NCBI RefSeq assembly: GCF_964355755.1
Contig: NC_092672.1
Coordinates: 36,896,437-36,960,436 of the forward strand
Direction: 5' to 3'
DNA: 64,000 nt
DNA from: Antedon mediterranea
Taxonomy: Eukaryota > Animalia > Echinodermata
Under the pieces are notes generated by a model that had not been told where the DNA came from, ran no database searches, and saw only the letters and a list, made by a program, of their open reading frames with translations. Positions 55,301-64,000 of this stretch are shown in pieces (within the stretch, counting starts at the first letter, position 1; each line of letters starts with the position of its first letter). The position numbers were made by a program, and so were the translations under genes.

Positions 55301-58300
55301 TGTTGGTAGTCTGTCATCGATTATGACATCAACCCAGCTTCCAAAACGCCAGAAACGAAAATTAACTATCCCACAATACCCATCTCCATGTAAAGGCTGG
55401 TCTCCACTAACAATCTATCAATATTCAATCAATCAAAATCAATTTATTTCATGAAACAAAGGATGTACTACACAATTGTCATCAAAACATTATGGAATAG
55501 GGAACTCAAAATAAGCAAAGCTTTAAAGTGGAGACTCTTTAAAGAAAAAAAAATCAATTAATGTGTTTGTGAAGACAAACAATAAGCAAAAACCAATTAA
55601 GTGAATCTCTTATTAAACATTAAACAAAACATATACAGTATATAGTTCTTGATCTTTGTATATCAACTTTAAAATAGCATAAAACAGATTTCCTTTTCAT
55701 ACATTCTTACTGTATATCATTCCTCTTTTACAAGGAAGCATTCTCAATTGTACAATAAATTTCAGTTCACATAAGGAACTATATAACTACAATAAAAGTA
55801 AACTTTAATCTTTATATTATATAAAATGCTACATCATATATAATTTGCATATGAAGTTAGTAATGGCGTCATTAAAATAATTATCAATGTTATATAGTTT
55901 CAGTTGCAACATTCATAGCACCTATTCTCTCCCTTCAAAACTCTTTTCAATTACATTCAATTATCCCAGTTTCTTTGCTTTTATACTTAGTTTTGCTGAT
56001 ACTATATTTAGCTTCTCATTGTGTACTTTACTATTGTTAAATCTATTTTTAGCCCAGCTTACATATATTTATAGCTTCCGACTTTATTATGTTTGCCAAT
56101 TATAACAGATCATTGACGTCAAATGAACGTTTAAAAGACACTATACCTAACACAAAACCAGGATCCCAGTTAATGGACATGATTTCCTTGAACTTGTAGT
56201 AAAAGATGTAAGCACTTATGATCCATATAATAATAGGTGTTGTGCCCCCGGAGAAGTTCTACTATTTTACTAAAGTTATATAAATACATTTTAGTTCGAT
56301 AATGAACCGTGAACATTTATCGACTATTATTTATAAAGTAAACAATTGGGTGTTACTGAATTAAGTTTACGGTAGTATATGTATTTATTAATCCACCATG
56401 AAAACATACCAAAACTTGATCAGGGCGGATTCAGGATGTTCGGAAATCTATATTTATACTATAGATATAAAGATAAGTGCTCAGCTGGAAAATACAGAGA
56501 GCAAAAGATAGTGCATTTAATATTTTGAACCATATAGAAGATACAGATAACATAAGACTTTATTAAATTTTTATTAAGTCTGTCATCAAATTAGGTCTGT
56601 AGTGAGAGGTGAGTGAGACAAGGCAAAGATAGAATATTATTATTAATACAATTTATGACAAGTTGTGCTGAGAGACTGGGGGTGAAAATTGAAAATTTCA
56701 GACGAGGCAAGTTCTGCCTCATGCCTGCTACGGCGCTGTCAAACTAGTTTGACAAAAAAGTGTTATGTTCCCAAATATGGTAGTGATATGACCAATTATG
56801 GTAGTGATATGACCAATTATGGTAGTGATATGACCAATTATGGTAGTGATATGACATCATCATGTCCATATATGGGCACATCACATAAAGTTTGATAGTG
56901 TAGACAGAGCTTTACTTATTGGCAAAATGTGTTTGTGATTTTGGCAGCGCCGTAGCCAGCATGAGGCAGAACTTGCCTCGTCTGAAATTTTCAATTTTCA
57001 CCCCCAATCTCTCAGCACAACTTGTCATAATTTATATTAATAATAATATTCTATCTTTGCCTTGTCTGTTTTAACCTCTCACTACAGTGAGTGTATTTAT
57101 TTACCTTTGAGATTAAGTCTTTATTTTTTGCAACTCCTGCACATGCTGCAAGAAACCAGCAATCACTGAGGCTTCCCTGTATCACATCATCTCTACTGAT
57201 TCCATCCACCTGCAGTAGTGGATCATCACAGAGTTCCTGCAAAATAAACAGTAAACAGTACGAAATATAGAAAACAACAAATAATAACATTTAACAACAA
57301 CGAAATATACAAGACAATAAATAATAACAACAACGAAATATAGAAGACAACAAAATAATTTTAACAACCAAACTTTACTGGTTGATCAGAGGCTAGTACA
57401 GCTGCATATAATGTTTTATTTGTTACTTTTTGCATCACACATGCAGCTAACTCATCAGGAAAATCCTGGCACCCCTTTAACAAAAAAAATTCATACTTCT
57501 ACTAGATCTTATAAACTTCAAACGTCCTTTGAACTTAAATAGGGAGAGGTCATAAAAGTTTACAACAAAACATCATTGACTTTTTTGGCCCGGCAATATA
57601 TTTATAATAGGACTATTATATAGTTGTAGTAAGATACAATGCACTTGTTGTTTGCAATAGGATTATCTATAAGGCAAACAGGAAAGAAAACATTAGGGCC
57701 ATGGATATATGATAAAAGCATTTTAACTACAGGTATTTGTACGCAAGTAAAAGAGGAAATTACTATGGAATGTATTATTATGGAAACTAAACTGACAATT
57801 GAACTCCTGTAAACACTTTCATGAAAGCACACAAAATGTATAAAGACAAACAGGAAAATTAGGTCCTTTAAAACTTGAACTCATCTATATTTGAATATAG
57901 GCCAGAGGCGAATCCAAGAATCTAAATTTCGCAAATTGTAATACAAAGATAGCTCAGCCTTTCATTTTACCATTTTTAGGCCCTGCCACTTGGCTGCACC
58001 ATGTCATATGAAAGGCTATGTTATCTCAAGTCAATTTATTTTCACAATACACAATAATTATACAGGATACATGAAGTAATCATGTGCGGGGAGGGTCATA
58101 TAAGTCAGAAGACTTTACGTTTGACCCACCCCAAGATATATAACATTAAATCCAAAAAAGAACAAAAAATACATAAACTAATAATCTTATGCTACTGCTA
58201 ATATAAGATACTTACCATTGGTCGTTTCCATTCAACGCCAGCAACATTTGAATCTCGATCGACAAAGTACATAGAAAAGGAGTCCGCAGGAAAAACATCA

Positions 58301-58993
58301 TCCTCAAATAGTTTACCGTTGCAACATGTTTTCTGTACTTCCTTTAAAAATTCTTCATAGTTCTAAGAAATTGATAAAAGTTAAAAACTGGAGTAAATTG
58401 TGAGTGATTTACAAGATGTGAGTTAATAAATCCTCTTTGGTGTACCATTTGGTTTTCAATTCAGAATTATTTTTCCATTGAATACTTACTTAAGTTTTCA
58501 AATTTTTAACCTAGTCATAGTCACATGTTTGCATTAATGTTAATGTTTACCATTACAATTAAAAACACAATTTATGTTTCTGAAAGAACAGTAAATCAAG
58601 CTAGAAAAATTAATTACTGAAAGAATGACAATAAAAAAGTAACACGTAATAAAAATGTATTCTCTCAGGCCTTAATACTTAAATTGCAATTTATAAATTG
58701 TATTTTTTGAAAACTATGTTTAGGCTATATTTGTAGGATTTAAAATGAATTTAAATAAACCATGATTGAATTTGGTGTAAAATAAATATGGACATTTTAA
58801 AATTTACCTCTGTAGTACCAAAGACTAAATTTCCATCTGGATGCGGAGAATGTTCCAACTCTTCTACAGGTATATCACTTGGGCATTCCTCATCATCAAC
58901 GAGTCTGTCTAGAAGTTCTTTATATTTCAGGGCTGCTTCTTTTTCTTGGGGGTCAAGGGGCTTTGATGATCCCTTGCTGCAGGATGTCCCCAT
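49389..58993 (-). CDS. Atypical (non-EF-hand) calpain: CysPc plus calpain domain III, 12 exons, about 550 aa
   Basis: Exons 58993-58808, 58362-58216, 57236-57105, 55414-55221, 54648-54471, 54087-53918, 53751-53674, 53295-53216, 52898-52773, 50333-50197, 49767-49556 and 49401-49389 (TAA); 1653 nt, in frame. Motifs [25 protein letters not shown] (Cys), [29 protein letters not shown] (His), RNPWG (Asn), [28 protein letters not shown]. Confidence 0.93.
50415..51449 (-). mobile_element. 5'-truncated L2/Crack-like LINE (RT C-terminal part) in a calpain intron
   Basis: ORF 50704-51477 ([36 protein letters not shown]). 3' hairpin ggatcccaatggaaataagc..ggctatcc, then AATAAA and an (aatca)n tail. Confidence 0.88.
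51619..52293. repeat. 28-bp minisatellite, about 24 copies
   Basis: Unit atttagccagtgagcgctcatagt(c/t)gtt. Confidence 0.95.
53472..53612. repeat. 42-bp tandem repeat, about 3.3 copies
   Basis: aaatcagaaagttgagagtactgtatatctgtatatctaagg. Confidence 0.9.
56597..57087. repeat. About 140-bp inverted repeat (56597-56738 / 56945-57087) enclosing a truncated MITE-A (56737-56912)
   Basis: The arms are near-perfect reverse complements (ctgtagtgagagg...ctacggcgctg / cagcgccgtag...cctctcactacag). Confidence 0.9.
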
Positions 58994-59069
58994 ACTTCAA
59001 TTTACATATACAATCATGTTTAATTTAATTTGAAAAAAAAACCAATTATTTTAACATTGTTATAAGGTT

Positions 59070-59345
59070 GCATTTTTTATTTTAATTAATAGAGGACCTT
59101 TTAATTAATATCAGTTCTTGTTAAATGAAAACTGCATGCATTATCCTCTTTAAAAAATGGTATATTGATATTAAAGAATACATTTGACCAAGTAATAACA
59201 TTGTTATAATGATGCATAATTTATTTTTTATTAAAAAAAAAAATAGAGGACCTTTTAATTACTATCAGTTCTTTTTAAATGAAAAACTGCATGCGTTATC
59301 CTCTTGGTATACTGATATTCAAGAATACAATTTGGCTAAATAATA
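59070..59345. repeat. About 155-bp tandem duplication
   Basis: aatagaggaccttttaatt..atcagttctt..aaatgaaaactgcatgc.ttatcctctt occurs twice. Confidence 0.7.
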
Positions 59346-60599
59346 TATTCACTAAGCTGTGTCTATATAGATAAATATACAAATATCAATTGCACTTCAC
59401 ATCACAACAATTTCTTACCTTTTAGACTAGCCTAAGTATTGATCACATACTAACATTCAAGGCTATCTCATTGTACCTGTGCATTTATGTGCATACTCAT
59501 ATGAGGGCTAAAAACCATATCATTTTAATGTCAAATGGTCCATTTACCATGCCTAGCAAACAACACATCTATACCTACCTTATAATTATTAAGTTGTTAA
59601 ATTAGCAATAAACAGTCATTTTCCTACAAATAATTCATCAATACTTGTTGTGTGTACATCGTTGTCACTAGCAGCATTCTTTTGTTGTATATATTCTTAC
59701 TGTTTACCTTTTGTTGTTTAACAGAGTAGGGAGTAAATATGTGAATTACCGCGGTCCGGCTAGGTTAATGGACTCATTTTTATTTGTATGATAATGGAAC
59801 ATTCCCAGGCGCCATAAGAACTGTACTATATTTACTTAATTATTTTTGCTTATTGGAAGGAGTTGAATATAAATGTTGCTGGCTGAATGTACATTTATCA
59901 TACTGAATGAAAAAGAACAAATTTATTGTATATTGAAGAAATTAATATATTTTTATAATCAAATCCCTTATATTAAAAATAAATGTTTTTGTAAAGCAAA
60001 TCTAAACGTTTACATAGTTGTATTAGTATAGTTGTAGTACTTCTTGATTTCTGAGATGACAACCCTTTATCTTTGTTAATATATTGTATTATCAATGTAT
60101 TGTATATATTGTATTATACTAATTCATATCTTAAAGATATTCTCCCAGTCCATCAGAAAACATAATACATCTTTTACAATCTTTAAACTTGTACGCCAAT
60201 TCAAACAAACCAGAAGTTATAGGAGCCAAGATTTAGTACATGTTATAGCAACAATCAAGATGAAAAGAAAATTAATTTACAAATCATCTTAAGTAAATTG
60301 TTATATTAATTAGAATACATGTGTACGTTGTTAATTAAGTGATTTCACTTAAGTAGGTTCTTAACAATCTCTTGGTGACAGTCACTGTGAATATTACAAG
60401 TTAGTCTATTACTATTTGATTTGATCTTGAGATACTTTATTGTTGAAATTAAATTTATTATCTGATTAGTTTTGTTTTCTCTTTCTTAACTTAATAAATG
60501 TAAGCTGCTGTAAACCAATCAAGTAATATCATCATACAAAATAAAGAAAGGGTATAATATGTAATTAAAGGGTATTAATGATTAGAGTAATGCATGCAG

Positions 60600-60915
60600 T
60601 AATACACAGTATAGTATCACACACAGTATTGTCACTGTACAGTATTATCAACAGACAAAATTACTTAGTACAGTATTATACACAGTACAGTATTATCACA
60701 GACAGTATTATACAGTACAGTATTATCACAGTACAGTATTATCACAGTACAGTATTAGACAGTACAGTATTATCAGACAGTATAGACAGTACAGTATTAT
60801 CACAGACAGTATTATCACAGACAGTATTAGACAGTACAGTATTATCACAGACAGTATTAGACAGTACAGTATTATCACAGTACAGTATTAGACACTACTA
60901 CAGTATCACAGACAG
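60600..60915. repeat. ACAGT/ACAGTATTATC compound microsatellite
   Basis: Repeats of cagtacagtattatcacaga. Confidence 0.85.
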
Positions 60916-61652
60916 AATGAATGTATATAATTTTGATAAACAGTATATTTCTTTTGTTAAAATGATACTTCTGAATAAATAATAAACTATAATATCATTA
61001 TCAACTATTATATTATCATCATTTCTATAGTATTAATAAAGGGAAGTTGAAGGACAGAGATAAAGTAAGCTGTTTGCATTCAAACACCCATCTCATTATA
61101 TTTGTATAGTGCCTAATCTTTCAAAGAAGAACACACAAAGAAATGACCCGGAACTATCGTTTTATCTGTATCAATATCTGTCATAGGTACACGTTTCAGT
61201 CTGAACTGTTCCCACTTTATCATAATCAATATCGTAATTTGTTTCCATGACTACAAAAAATAACAGTTTGAAAAAATGTCAATTTTTTTCAGTAATTTAT
61301 ACCTGATAGTTTTAGCAGGTTGGTAATTTAATATTTAACAAATTAAATAAATTAATTTTTCTGATCTGCAAGGCTTAACAAAGCCTGTAATCTGATTGAA
61401 TAACAATACGTAAATAAATTTATAAGTACCAAAATATAAACAAAGATATCGCAACCAACCCAACTTTACTGTGGTTTGTTCCACTTGTTATATAAACTTA
61501 AAATTACTCAGCCTGCAGACATTATACGTAGAAAGAAAGCTTGGTTCCCACTAAGACGCAATGCAAGGATGTATTAGCAGCAACGCAAGCGAATTGACCA
61601 ATTAAAAGCAAAAGATTATTGAAATGGTTGGTCAATATGTTGCGTTGCAGCT

Positions 61653-62790
61653 TAAGGCTGGTTTCCTGTCGACGTAAGAAGTCGAATTTTGCAACGATTC
61701 TTGCGTTTCATACGTTTCTTACGAAAGTTGAGAAAAACTTGACGTCGTTGACCTTAGTCAAGATCGTGTCGGGCCGCAGAGAAACATCTGTAGTTATGCT
61801 GCTCCCGAAAGTTGAAATTTTGGCTGTGAAACACACGTCGTATGCTTACATCGATTTTAGTGTTGTTATGAAAGTTGAAATTTTTTTCTTACGTCGGTCG
61901 GATTTATGACGTATTTGAAACAACATCTCTGATTGGTGTTTCTTTTTAAAGCGGGTTTTATCATTTTTCGCGCGAAATGTTGAATGTTGTTATTGTACCT
62001 GTAGCTACTCAGCAGAAGTGTCAGTGCAGCACACCAACATATTATTTTCAGTAGATAGGCTAGGCCCTAGTATTAGTAAAATACTTAATTAATACTGTAC
62101 TAATAGCAATTGATTTGACCAAATAATCAAACTAGCCTAGGGCCCTAGCCTATTATTATTAGACCTATCTAGGCCCTAGCATTGGCCTATGGGCCTATAA
62201 GCATATCTAATCGAGCATGAGATAGTACTACCGCAGTAAGATACCCATTATTTACAGGCCTATAATAAGAATAAATTTAACAAAACAATATAAATTATAC
62301 AAAATCAAGCAAACAATTTTTTTTTTAAAGTTACATAATAATATTATATTGCTTACAAAGGGGCTTTCTATATCTTATCTTGTTGCAAATGTTCATTTTC
62401 GCGACGTTTCACGGTTTCTATCGATGCTGATTGTTTATTGCACGTCCATAAATAAGAGTATTAGATTTTGATATGAGTTGTAAACTCCCTGATTAGAACA
62501 TTATTAGGCCTATATTGAAACTACTGTGCATTTGTAAAGTATGTACAACATCGTAAAGTGGGCTAAAATTATAGTAGTAAATACATACAAATGTTATTGT
62601 CCGGCTTTATTTCACTATAAGGACATACACATTACGTCATAACTCTTGTCGCTCATTGGTTGCTTGTTACGATTGCGCTTACGTCTCTTGCGAAAGTTGA
62701 CTTCAAGTCAACTTTCGTAAGAGACGTAAGAAACGTGACGCAAGGGCGTTCATTCAAGCGTAAGATCAAAAATCCCGGTTTCCTGTAAAA
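61653..62790. mobile_element. Non-autonomous DNA transposon with subterminal inverted repeats, adjoining a MITE-C copy
   Basis: Left cttgcgtttcatacgtttcttacgaaagttga matches right tcaactttcgtaagagacgtaagaaacgtgacgcaag. Internal palindrome at 62678-62730. No transposase ORF. Confidence 0.55.
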
Positions 62791-63559
62791 TCGGAAGAAA
62801 ACGTCATAACGCAACAATTGTTAGGTCATCGGTTTCCTGTAAAATCAATTTTTTAGCACATAGATTTGCCCATGTGCACCATACCATTATTATTACCATG
62901 TGAGAGGCATGAGAGAGGAGAGTGTATATACTCTTACGCACTAATGCATTATATGGTATACATGCAGGAGATTTGTGTTTCTCAAATCATCAAACAATTT
63001 AATAATTGGCCTTTTGCCTAATGCAATTATAGGCCTGCAGTAATTTTTTTCTGCTAATATATTTATTTTCATTAAATCAATTGGACATTGGACATGCAGT
63101 TTATTTATTATTAGGGTAGGCAATACAGTAAGAGGGGCACAATAGGGTCAAGTAGGGAAAATTACAGATTTGTTTACACACATACATAATTATTGATAAA
63201 ACTGATAAATTACAATGTGTAATTGAAGTAACCAATAGCATGCGAATCCACCGGAACTTATCAAACCATGACGTCAACAATCCAAAACTGCAAAATGTTT
63301 GTTGGACTAAGTGTTGATATCATATGCAATGTTTGCACGAAAACCAAAGCATTCTTGAACTAAGAAAATAACAGCTTTGATAAAACAGCGAAGGATATAC
63401 TTCTGCTAGTGTTTATTATTTTCATAAATCATAGTAAGTAAAAATCACTTTTTGGTACATTTTATTCTAGGGTGTAGTAGACCTAACGATTTAATTTCAT
63501 AATATTTGTGTAGGCCTATTTTGTTAAAGTATTGTTATATATAAATAGTTTTGAATCTC

Positions 63560-63680
63560 GGATAAGGGCGGCTTTATCTTATTCCTCATCTTTATCATTT
63601 CAAATTAATTAATTAATTAATTTTCAGTATATCACTGGACGGTTTTTAGAATTTGTTCTGTGTCTGCAAATGTTTATAAT
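63560..63680 (+). mobile_element. Fragment of the tRNA-carrying repeat (3' part)
   Basis: ttcctcatctttatcatttcaaattaattaatt..cagtatatcactggacggttt matches 14690-14720 and 14350-14430. Confidence 0.65.
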
Positions 63681-64000
63681 ATACTTCATAACATAATATA
63701 TGAAATCATTTTATTTATTTATTTATTTAGCCTGTCACATACAGTACTGCCAAAAGTGAAGGTTCAATCTTTCTCTGTTTCTTTAGATTCGATGCAAAGA
63801 TTCCTTTTTGCTTTATTGAGGCCTTTTATTGTTATTTAACATAGATGTCACGCTTGATTGCATTTTATGATTTTGCAAGCTGTGTTTCTGCAAGTGAATC
63901 TTTCCCATTTAAATTTGGGGGAAAGAAAGACATAAATTAGTGTTAAGTCTGGCAGCATCACCATCTCCTCTTTTTGTTTAAAATCTTGGATCTACCATAG

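Noticed and set aside
60578-60982. 134-aa ORF with STVLSQTVLD repeats
   Set aside because: Translation of the ACAGT microsatellite.
61619-61909. 96-aa ORF as a possible transposase
   Set aside because: It lies in subterminal repeats and shows no DDE or DNA-binding motif.

Overview
This is AT-rich, intron-rich eukaryotic DNA, most likely from a marine invertebrate (inference; the species cannot be determined here). Three spliced genes were reconstructed by hand from GT/AG sites and reading-frame phase. (1) A BCR/ABR-type RhoGEF(DH)-PH-C2-RhoGAP gene on + (5' end outside the window, 23 coding exons, stop at 30769). (2) A divergent Ctr/SLC31 copper transporter on - (4 exons, about 274 aa). (3) An atypical calpain on - (12 exons, about 550 aa) with an intact C/H/N triad, no penta-EF-hand domain and an N-terminal MGxxCS acylation motif. 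Between the convergent BCR and Ctr genes lie two young APE-RT non-LTR retrotransposons separated by a 44-bp minisatellite. The first is bounded by a candidate 10-bp target-site duplication (TSD), has no ORF1, and begins with a virus-like 2A (StopGo) motif. Introns carry many MITEs, a Deu/Nin-type SINE, a (TA)n-associated repeat containing a whole tRNA-like gene, several minisatellites and long inverted repeats. There is no CRISPR array, rRNA or prokaryotic system. Most short ORFs in the supplied track are spurious or are exon fragments.
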